A DNA stretch of 64,000 nucleotides from a virus, in IMG/VR virus record IMGVR_UViG_3300009527_000006, positions 1 to 64,000 of that record; one strand, given 5' to 3'. A program made the position numbers and the translations under genes. Positions 49,218 to 56,793 of the stretch are shown here, one piece after another. Below the pieces are notes generated by a model. It worked only from the letters and a program-made list of their open reading frames with translations. It did not search any database and was not told the origin of the DNA. Numbering within the stretch: the first letter of the stretch is position 1; every line of letters starts with the position of its first letter.

Positions 49218-49459
49218 GAATTATTACTTGGATCATTCGGAATTGCATGGCCGAATCTCAGCACTTCACCATTGTCATATAGATAGGCCATTCCACGAAT
49301 TCCAAAAGGACCATTATACTTACCTTTCTCATTCTGTATTTTTATGTTCTCGTGCATAGTCCATCTTCGCCAGATTCCAATAGCTTCATCATACGGAAGT
49401 GCCTCTGGATCTGGGTATTTGGTTAAGTCTATTGGGTTGTCTAAATTTAACATATTCAA
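49214..49459 (-). CDS. Cassette 4 convergent ORF
   Basis: 81 aa; ATAAGTA upstream; stop overlaps partner stop. Confidence 0.55.
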   Translation of the reverse strand: MNMLNLDNPIDLTKYPDPEALPYDEAIGIWRRWTMHENIKIQNEKGKYNGPFGIRGMAYLYDNGEVLRFGHAIPNDPSNNS

Positions 49460-49493
49460 AGCTACTTATTCGTAGTCAAATGCTAAAACAAGA

Positions 49494-49583
49494 GGCGAAC
49501 AAAGAAACTGGAGACAACAGCTCAGCATAGCTATTCTCCTATATTAGTTCTGTGTTCGCTGTGTCTCAGTTTAGATGTTCGCC
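49494..49583 (+). repeat. attC-like site 5 (type B)
   Basis: Near-identical to site 2; GGCGAAC...GTTCGCC. Confidence 0.88.
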
Positions 49584-49598
49584 CAACCTCACCACACC

Positions 49599-49784
49599 AT
49601 GTCTATTATAAAGAAACCTAGTTCGTGCGTATTTTGCAGATCTGCACTGATTAAAGGTCCGATTAAGAGAGATCGTAATTTAAATGAAACTATTGAAATG
49701 AAGAGTGTCGTTTATATTTGTGAGCAATGTAATTTTGTTCACGAATTTAATATTCATACTACTAAAAAATCTAAGATGAAGTAG
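49599..49784 (+). CDS. Cassette 5 zinc-ribbon protein
   Basis: CVFC...CEQC. Confidence 0.6.
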   Translation: MSIIKKPSSCVFCRSALIKGPIKRDRNLNETIEMKSVVYICEQCNFVHEFNIHTTKKSKMK

Positions 49785-49935
49785 TAGACACGAAACATGC
49801 AAGCCCATCACATTGAGCATTCCACATTTCATCCAGAATTCTATCATTATTTTCCTGTTCTTCTTTGGAAAGTCTCATCCAATGACACTGCTCCACTTCT
49901 AACCATTCACGTATCTTTGCTTTTATCCATTGCAT
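49771..49935 (-). CDS. Cassette 5 convergent 54-aa ORF; not in track
   Basis: MQWIKAKIREWLEVEQCHW...TTSS*; ATAAGTA 9 nt upstream. Confidence 0.5.
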   Translation of the reverse strand: MQWIKAKIREWLEVEQCHWMRLSKEEQENNDRILDEMWNAQCDGLACFVSTTSS

Positions 49936-49974
49936 AGTAGTCAATACTTATGAAGCTAATAAACAGAAACAAGA

Positions 49975-50063
49975 GGCGAACAAAACGGATGCAGACAACG
50001 CTCTATAAGTTTTATGTCACATTCATAATTTTATATTCGCGTGTCTGATCCGAGACGTTCGGG
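49975..50063 (+). repeat. attC-like site 6 (type A)
   Basis: GGCGAAC...GTTCGGG. Confidence 0.88.
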
Positions 50064-50219
50064 TAAAACAGAACATAAACACCACAATGAATGAATCTAC
50101 GTTAGTTGATTGCGCTAAATGGTTATATGAAAAGCAGCAAGAGAACCTAAAAGCCGGAAAGAATCTACTTTGGCAGCCACATATAATAACCGTTCTTTTA
50201 AACTTACAAAAATCTAAAG

Positions 50220-51446
50220 TCATACTTTTAAGATATAAACTCTCGATTTTTTGTTAAATTCCTGCTTCACAGACGGGCTAACCAAAGTCGTTTCCGACAA
50301 TGGTGAACTCCCATCTCCACAGGCTTGAATTCCCGAAGAACTTTCGGTATAAATTTGTTTCAGATTCAAACTCGCATTTAAATCTCTATCTATTTTCATA
50401 TCACACATTTTACATTCAAATACTCGGTCTGTCAACTTCAAATCTGAATTTTTCCATCCGCAACATGAACATAATTTAGAACTGGCGTAGAAAGTATCTG
50501 CGAAGACAACTTTTCTATTATTCCATTTCGCTTTATATTCAATTTGGCGACGAAATTCATAAAGTCCTACGTCACTGATAGCCTGAGCCAAACAGTGATT
50601 TTTCAACATATTGCTTACTTTCAAATCTTCCAACACAATTACATTGTTTTTCTGTATTATGTTAGAAGTGATTCTATGTAAGCAATCTTTACGAATATTT
50701 GATATGTGATAATGTAATTTTGCTAACTTTTGTTTTGCTTTTCCATAATTTTTACTTCCTTTTTTCTTTCTTGATAATTGTTTTTGTTTGCGTTTTAGTC
50801 TCTTGAGATTTTTCTTTAATGCTTTTGGATTTTCATAAGTTGTCCCATCTGAGCAAGTAGCTAAAGTTTTAATACCTAAATCAATTCCTACTACCTCATT
50901 CTTGGCGTTAGAATGCTCTCTGTCAGGTGTCTCTACTTGAACTGATACAAACCACTTACCCGCACGTTTCGAGACTGTAGCAGACAGTATTTTACAATCT
51001 GTTGGGATGTAATCTTTCTCGGATAATTTGAGTTTGTCGATTCGTGGTAGCTTAATGTAATCAGATTCAACTGAAATCGCGCCGTCTAGTCTGAAGGATT
51101 GCTTTTCGTTTTTCTTAGATTTAAATTTTGGAAATCCTTTCTTACCTTTAACTTTCTTTTTACAACGAGTGAAGAAATTTTGAAATGCTTTATCACAATC
51201 TCTTAACGCATTTTGTGGAGAAGTCTTGCTTGAATTATACATCCAAGGAACATCTGTCTGTTTTAGCTTGTTTAATTCTCTATGAATCTCAATAGCATTT
51301 TGAATTTTCTCTTTCTTATCAAATTGTTCTTTCTTTTTAGCTAATGCCCAATTATATGCCCATCTAGCGCAACCAATATGCTGTAATAACAAGGTTTGTT
51401 GCTTGTTATTTACATCTAGCTGAACTTTATAGGCGCGGAGAATCAT
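50220..51446 (-). CDS. tnpB: TnpB RNA-guided endonuclease
   Basis: GIDLG, VLEDL, CSCCG/CKMC and DRDLNAS: RuvC D-E-D intact. Confidence 0.95.
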   Translation of the reverse strand: MILRAYKVQLDVNNKQQTLLLQHIGCARWAYNWALAKKKEQFDKKEKIQNAIEIHRELNKLKQTDVPWMYNSSKTSPQNALRDCDKAFQNFFTRCKKKVKGKKGFPKFKSKKNEKQSFRLDGAISVESDYIKLPRIDKLKLSEKDYIPTDCKILSATVSKRAGKWFVSVQVETPDREHSNAKNEVVGIDLGIKTLATCSDGTTYENPKALKKNLKRLKRKQKQLSRKKKGSKNYGKAKQKLAKLHYHISNIRKDCLHRITSNIIQKNNVIVLEDLKVSNMLKNHCLAQAISDVGLYEFRRQIEYKAKWNNRKVVFADTFYASSKLCSCCGWKNSDLKLTDRVFECKMCDMKIDRDLNASLNLKQIYTESSSGIQACGDGSSPLSETTLVSPSVKQEFNKKSRVYILKV

Positions 51447-52308
51447 TTTAATCTTTCTAAACAAATATCATAATACTCTTTTTCTTTTTCGATGCCGATA
51501 AACTGACGATTGAGATTTTTGGCGGCAACCAGAGTTGTTCCCGAACCAGCAAAAGGATCGAACACCAAATCCTCTTTATTTGAGATAGACTTCACCAAGT
51601 CTTCCATCATATTCAACGGTTTTTCACATGGATGTTTGTCTTTTCTTTGCGAGACTATTTCATATTCAATTACATCTTCAAATGAAGATAGCGATAACGA
51701 ATCAAATTTTCGTTTGGATAATTTAATACCTAAATCTCCTCTAATTTGGGAAGAAATTTTGGAGATGGAAAGCATCTACCACATTCCCAATTTGATACTT
51801 GACCACCATTATTAACGTTTCCATAAGCACCCAATATTTCAGTAAGCTCTTTTACCGATACCCCCTTAGAAATGCGGGCATTCTTAATGTCATTTGGATA
51901 AGAATCTTGTGAAAAATAAATTATTCTTTCTGATGCTGGATATGGTCGTCTAAGGGAATTTTTATTACACTTATTTTTCCAACCCTCACTCCCCTTATTT
52001 GGAAAAGTTTTCTTCCACACAATTTCAGATTGGAAATTGAAATATTGATTTATCAGGACGGCTAAAAATGGAGCCAATGATGGCTTACAAAAAACGTAAC
52101 CACTACAAGTATTTTTCATCTTCGGTTTAAGAATTTTGAAAAAATAATCAAACCATTTTAAAAATTCAGTATCGTTATCATGTTCATTGTCCCAAGTGTG
52201 CTTTTTAACATTGTGATAAGGTGGATCGGTGACAAGGATATCCACGCTTCCATCTGGAATGTCCTTCATCAATTCTAAACAGTCGCCATGCCAAATTTCT
52301 TGTTTCAT
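51443..52308 (-). pseudogene. Beta-class N4/N6 DNA methyltransferase with internal Cro/C1 HTH, frameshifted
   Basis: GDCLE..DPPY (51730-52308) and HPCEKP..DPFAGSGTT (51443-51775) are in different frames; one extra T near 51732 gives LEEILGIKL. Confidence 0.8.
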
Positions 52309-53336
52309 TCCATCGCCTCCTTTTCTTTCTTTTTACGATTCTGTGAGCTAATCATACCCAATCCTTCTCTAATTAGATACAGGCGACCAGTCGAAGTTTT
52401 TAACTCTTTTGCTACGCCTCTCCAAGTTTGATGTTTATCAAACAAATCGTGCAGTTGTTTTACTGTAATATCTGAACGCTTTTTCCGTAAAATTTGCTGA
52501 GATAGACACTCTAAATATAATTCATACTTTCTATCCAAATACACTTTAGCGTTTGAGTATATTGGTCTTAATATGTTTTGAACTAACTCGACCCCCGCCG
52601 AAGATATGCAGCAAGTTTCTGAATCTCCCTCTCCATATTTTGATAGGATTTTTGCGCGACATTTGCTATACGAAAGAATATACTCTTGAAATTTCTCAAT
52701 AACAAGCCTATTTCCAACAAGATTAATTGTCCACACCCAAGATTTTTTATATTTGGGTTCAAGCGTTTTAGAAATGCAGCCATCACCGTCAAATATGCCT
52801 CGCCAAAAATGACAGTGTAAATCCTTTGGAATTAAATTTAACGGAGGAATAAAGCTAAAAGATTTTCTCGGTAAAATACCAAATTTAGCCAAATCATTGC
52901 ATATTTTTCTGTTACCAATTACAATTCGACACGACTCAAATATTTTACTATTATCACCCCCTTCAAAAGAGGGCGAACTTCTACATATTTTAATTGGATG
53001 CGCCGAACGGCAAAATTTCTTAAATTTTTCTAAGTGCAACAAATCTGACTTTTTTAAACCTATATTCAATCCTCCATAATCGGTTACGTTGCCGTCGGCG
53101 GCAATGAATCCAAGCCAATAAGCCTTATCTTCTGTGTCAATTTTTTCAAAAATAGAATCGTCAATAGTATATTTAGAGTTATTTTTAATTTTGATACCCC
53201 TTTTTTTGGCTTCTCTGGTGCAGCATTCGCTACTTAATCCGTAAACAGCCGCCGCCCTTTGTGCAGAATCCCCGTTTACATATAGATTAATCATTCCGTC
53301 CTTTTCTTCTTGTGTAATAGTGCGTCTCATATACAT
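52305..53336 (-). CDS. LAGLIDADG endonuclease
   Basis: AYWLGFIAADG and FWRGIFDGDG motifs; LDRKY. Confidence 0.9.
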   Translation of the reverse strand: MYMRRTITQEEKDGMINLYVNGDSAQRAAAVYGLSSECCTREAKKRGIKIKNNSKYTIDDSIFEKIDTEDKAYWLGFIAADGNVTDYGGLNIGLKKSDLLHLEKFKKFCRSAHPIKICRSSPSFEGGDNSKIFESCRIVIGNRKICNDLAKFGILPRKSFSFIPPLNLIPKDLHCHFWRGIFDGDGCISKTLEPKYKKSWVWTINLVGNRLVIEKFQEYILSYSKCRAKILSKYGEGDSETCCISSAGVELVQNILRPIYSNAKVYLDRKYELYLECLSQQILRKKRSDITVKQLHDLFDKHQTWRGVAKELKTSTGRLYLIREGLGMISSQNRKKKEKEAME

Positions 53337-53352
53337 ATATTTACACTAAAAA

Positions 53353-53913
53353 TCACTCTTTTTCACAAAAATCTGATAAAACTTCATCATCGGGATAGAT
53401 TTCTGTAGTCACCTCTTCCACCTTTTCAATTCTAACTCCATAGGAATTAAAATAAGACAAAAGATAATTAAAACAAAATCTTGATAATCTATCTTTATGC
53501 TCAATTAAGACTACATCAATTTCTTTCTTTTCTACTAACTCAAAAAGTTTCTGCAATTTCTTGCGATTGTCGTTCATTCCTGAACCAACTTCATCAAAAA
53601 CAGCAACAATAGAATAACCACGCTTCAATGCCTCTGTAGTCATTCTGCCGACTTGTCTTTCTAAATCACCTTTAGTCTTCTGTTCATGTGAACTAACGCG
53701 ACAATAGATAGCCACACGCTTACCATCTGTTACTTTAACAGGTTCTACATAGATTCCCGCCAATTTCTCAATATCGGCTCTGTAATAGCGTCTATGACCA
53801 CCTTTTGTATGGAATGGCGTTAATTTGCCTTCTCGCTCCCAATTTCTAAGAGTTTCGTCGGAAACGCCTAAAATGGACGCAGCATCACTAATTGATAGAA
53901 TCTTTTTATCCAT
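53353..53913 (-). CDS. tnpA: IS607 serine recombinase TnpA, apparently C-terminally truncated
   Basis: MerR-like HTH (GGHRRY), YCRVSS, DEVGSG, DRLSRF; lacks the usual ELVED..FSARLYG helix. Confidence 0.9.
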   Translation of the reverse strand: MDKKILSISDAASILGVSDETLRNWEREGKLTPFHTKGGHRRYYRADIEKLAGIYVEPVKVTDGKRVAIYCRVSSHEQKTKGDLERQVGRMTTEALKRGYSIVAVFDEVGSGMNDNRKKLQKLFELVEKKEIDVVLIEHKDRLSRFCFNYLLSYFNSYGVRIEKVEEVTTEIYPDDEVLSDFCEKE

Positions 53914-54082
53914 TTTTGTCTATCAATCCTTTCTGTTGAAACAACCTAAACCATTCGTCATAGATTCGTTGAAATTCCTCTACGGTTGGAACTTCATCTA
54001 ATTCAAACGGAATATCATGGATAACTCCATCATCGGTTTCAAATTCTGTTGCTGTAACTCTTGTAATCATTTTTGGCTTCAT
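53906..54082 (-). CDS. 58-aa acidic ORF at the IS left end; not in track
   Basis: MKPKMITRVTATEFETDDG...KNG*; overlaps the tnpA start. Confidence 0.6.
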   Translation of the reverse strand: MKPKMITRVTATEFETDDGVIHDIPFELDEVPTVEEFQRIYDEWFRLFQQKGLIDKNG

Positions 54083-54148
54083 ATATATTTACACTAAAAG
54101 TTTAGATTTTCTACGAAAAAAGTGAAAATATTTTAACTTTCTTTAGAT

Positions 54149-54177
54149 ATTTTAGATTATCGGGCAACTGTTGTCAA
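54149..54177 (-). promoter_or_regulatory. Sigma70 promoter at the IS607 left end
   Basis: TTGACA-17-TAAAAT directly inside the GG core. Confidence 0.7.
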
Positions 54178-54273
54178 CCCTCGGAAAGTTGTGGTTACTA
54201 TTTGTTTCCTGTTTTGCGATATTATCCACTGCTCTGATCACCGAGTTTATAAAACAAGATGGGTATAAGTTGT

Positions 54274-54531
54274 TTAAGTCCAGCCTAAATAATGAACACA
54301 CAAAAGCATCGGAACCACCCCCATCACAAACAACAAAACACATAAAATAATCAACCATCCTAATGCCATGAAGAGGCATTCTACAAAAGCCTTAAACTCA
54401 CCATCAAACCCGAACAAAACGGATGCAGGCAACACCTCTGGGCTGTCTGTCGTATTATTCATAGTATTTTCGTTCGGTGTGCCTGATCCGAGACGTTCGC
54501 CTTCTGCTAATTTAGTTTGTTTTTTCATCAA
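54274..54531 (-). CDS. Antisense membrane ORF reading through attC7
   Basis: 85 aa; ATAAATA upstream; alternative ATG (MNNTTD) inside the attC7 loop. Confidence 0.5.
   Translation of the reverse strand: MMKKQTKLAEGERLGSGTPNENTMNNTTDSPEVLPASVLFGFDGEFKAFVECLFMALGWLIILCVLLFVMGVVPMLLCVHYLGWT
54409..54501 (+). repeat. attC-like site 7 (type A variant)
   Basis: CCCGAAC-AAAA-CGGATGCAGGCAACACC...GGTGTGCCTGATCCG-AGAC-GTTCGCC; compensatory stem changes. Confidence 0.88.
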
Positions 54532-54699
54532 AAGCTATTTATGAAATAATATTATTAATTCAACCAGCATAATAATAACCATGTTTAACTACCTAAAGAC
54601 TAGCTTGTGTCAATTTTGTAAAGGAACCACTGACCCATCCACAAAGAAAGAGATTTAAACTCTTCATTTGAGATAAAGTGTGTTATTTATATTTTTGAG

Positions 54700-54790
54700 G
54701 CTCTATAAGTTTTATGTCACATTCATAGCTTAGAACTCACTATGTCTCAGCGTAAACTTACCATTCATGTCTGCGCTAGGCGTTTGCCTT
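54700..54790 (+). repeat. Degenerate attC remnants
   Basis: GCTCTATAAGTTTTATGTCACATTCATAG (type A loop) and GCTAGGCGTTTGCCT (type C end). Confidence 0.6.
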
Positions 54791-54807
54791 AACTGCATAA
54801 TGTTCAA

Positions 54808-55089
54808 CTACAGTGGAACCAAATCTTCAAATTTTATTTTCTTACTTTTATGAAGAATTGGATATTTATTAGAAAGAATTTCTACTATCTCAAACCAAGA
54901 AAGATTTGTCATATCTATGAAAATATCACGTAAATTTTGGCTTTTTTCAAGAGTTAAATATAAATGAATACATGATACAGGTTTATCATATACAGTCGTC
55001 AAAAACCCTCCTAAACACCTAAATTGATGGTCTAGTTCTTCTCGGTCAATGAGTTCAAATGCAGTAGGCTGCTCAAGATTTTTAATCAT
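54808..55089 (-). CDS. Hypothetical protein
   Basis: 93 aa ORF. Confidence 0.6.
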   Translation of the reverse strand: MIKNLEQPTAFELIDREELDHQFRCLGGFLTTVYDKPVSCIHLYLTLEKSQNLRDIFIDMTNLSWFEIVEILSNKYPILHKSKKIKFEDLVPL

Positions 55090-55134
55090 ATTTTTACTTA
55101 AAAAAATAAAAATCTATTGCAATAATTTACTGTT

Positions 55135-56490
55135 TTAGGTTGTCATAAATTCTTCCATCGAGAATTTCTTTTTCAATATACTTGACCTAGAATCTTCATA
55201 TGATTGCTCAGTATCTTCTTCTTCAAAAAATCTCAGTGTGCTATAATCAATATTCAAGTATCCCCCGCCATTGAGAGCACCGTCTCTAGATTTCTTACCC
55301 TTAACTAATACTCTGTTAAGTTCACGGTCTTCATCTGTTTGTGACATGACTGTAAGATTATCAAAATCGCCTAGCATTGAATATGAACCAGCCATATTAT
55401 CCAAGTCAGCAGAATTATTTCGATGTCCGTCTCTATTGAGTTGTGCAGGAGTTAATAGAGGGCATTCAAAAATATAACTGAGCCCTCTTACTTCTTGAGT
55501 AATATACTGAAATTCGTCGTGCTTAGGAACATTGCTTTTTGTAGATTTACATAGAGTAATATAATCCAGTATTATCACCGATGGTTTGAAATTTTTCTTT
55601 CTTTCTAATTTTTTAATAAAGGATTTAATGTTAGTAGGAGTCACTGATTTAGCCGCGAACTCTTTGATTACTAATCTAGAAGTTTTATCAGAAATAAAAT
55701 CATCCACATACTCTCTATACTCTAATAGCCTGTCTCCTATTTCTCCTAGAGCAATACCCGTTAACATACCAGAAATTCTACGAGCATATCTTTTTTCACT
55801 CATTTCTAAAGTTATAATTACTACATCCTCATTCTGTCTGAGAATGTTAGTTCCAATGTTTCCCACCAAAAGTGATTTTCCGACATTAGTGGAGCCAGCT
55901 ACGCCATATATTGCTCGCCCTTCTTTAAACATTCCTCCACCAAATGCTTCATCCACTATCTTATATCCGGTGCTTAGAAAAACATCCTTTTCAGTTAAAA
56001 TAGATTCTACCCTACTTCTTTCGGCAAAATATTCCAACCCTAGATTATCTACTAATGAAATATTAGATATAGTTTCTTGTTCAGTTTGAAAATCATCTAA
56101 ATCTATTTCTTGTTTTTCTGTCTTATCATCAATAGCCTTTTCTAGAAGATTTTCTGTTTTTCTCTGCTTTATAAAATACTCTGCATTAGCAAGCAATTCG
56201 TCTTCATTACATTCATCCGCAATATTTTCATTTTTTATAAGATCAATCGCTTTTTTAAGATGTTCTTTATTTTTAGTAGTATTAAACCGGGTTTTTAATT
56301 CTGTAAAATTAGGAACTGCGGACCTTTCTACATAAAAATCTTTAATAGTCTGTGCTATTGCAGAGAAGTTTTCGTTTTTGAAAATATCTGCTCCAATATA
56401 TTCTATGCAAGAACCTAGTAATATTCCATCTTTTTTGAGAAGATTCTTCATAAGAATCTTCTCAAAAAAATCTAAATCAATTTTGCTCAT
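55135..56490 (-). CDS. gp41: Replicative helicase (gp41)
   Basis: AGSTNVGKS, ITLEMSE, LDYI and AQLNRDG motifs. Confidence 0.93.
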   Translation of the reverse strand: MSKIDLDFFEKILMKNLLKKDGILLGSCIEYIGADIFKNENFSAIAQTIKDFYVERSAVPNFTELKTRFNTTKNKEHLKKAIDLIKNENIADECNEDELLANAEYFIKQRKTENLLEKAIDDKTEKQEIDLDDFQTEQETISNISLVDNLGLEYFAERSRVESILTEKDVFLSTGYKIVDEAFGGGMFKEGRAIYGVAGSTNVGKSLLVGNIGTNILRQNEDVVIITLEMSEKRYARRISGMLTGIALGEIGDRLLEYREYVDDFISDKTSRLVIKEFAAKSVTPTNIKSFIKKLERKKNFKPSVIILDYITLCKSTKSNVPKHDEFQYITQEVRGLSYIFECPLLTPAQLNRDGHRNNSADLDNMAGSYSMLGDFDNLTVMSQTDEDRELNRVLVKGKKSRDGALNGGGYLNIDYSTLRFFEEEDTEQSYEDSRSSILKKKFSMEEFMTT

Positions 56491-56499
56491 ATGTATTTG

Positions 56500-56793
56500 C
56501 TAGACTATAGCATATGTAACCTCTAACAGTCTAGAAGAATCTTTAGATAGGTATTTCATTTCTACCCATTTTTCAAAATAATCTCCGGTAACTTGATCTT
56601 CCAGTTCGGTAGGCTGGTCAGTATAAAAATTACCGCTTTTATATAATTTATATAATTGTCCAGCAGTGACTACTAATTTTGCCCCATTAGCATCTACTGT
56701 TTCTATAGCAGGGGTAGATTCATCAATATGAAAATATTGAATCTTAGGTTTGTCTACAAACATCGAAGTCTTTTTTATTGTGACACGAATCAT
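56500..56793 (-). CDS. Hypothetical protein
   Basis: 97 aa ORF between UvsX and gp41. Confidence 0.6.
   Translation of the reverse strand: MIRVTIKKTSMFVDKPKIQYFHIDESTPAIETVDANGAKLVVTAGQLYKLYKSGNFYTDQPTELEDQVTGDYFEKWVEMKYLSKDSSRLLEVTYAIV

Larger units (their letters stand above)
50192..54179 (-). mobile_element. IS607-family element with passenger genes
   Basis: Serine-recombinase tnpA plus tnpB; AACC at both junctions (GG core on the element strand); right end ...GTAAGTTTAAAAGAACGG. Confidence 0.8.
50087..54350 (+). pseudogene. Cassette 6 gene (91-aa membrane protein) split by the IS607 element
   Basis: Joining 50087-50191 to 54180-54350 gives an open frame MNESTL...PHIIT|LGKLWLLF...KHIK*. 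Confidence 0.7.
46999..54790 (+). mobile_element. Integron-type gene-cassette array without integrase in the window (CALIN-like)
   Basis: Seven attC-like imperfect palindromes spaced by gene-sized units, plus a remnant. Confidence 0.88.

Noticed and set aside
50192-54179. IStron or group I intron around the LAGLIDADG gene
   Set aside because: Only ~100 nt lie between the left end and the first ORF, and genes abut one another, leaving no room for an intron core.
46999-54501. Repeats as a CRISPR array
   Set aside because: Repeats are ~90-120 bp hairpins separated by 450-670 bp gene-bearing units; no cas genes; anatomy fits attC.
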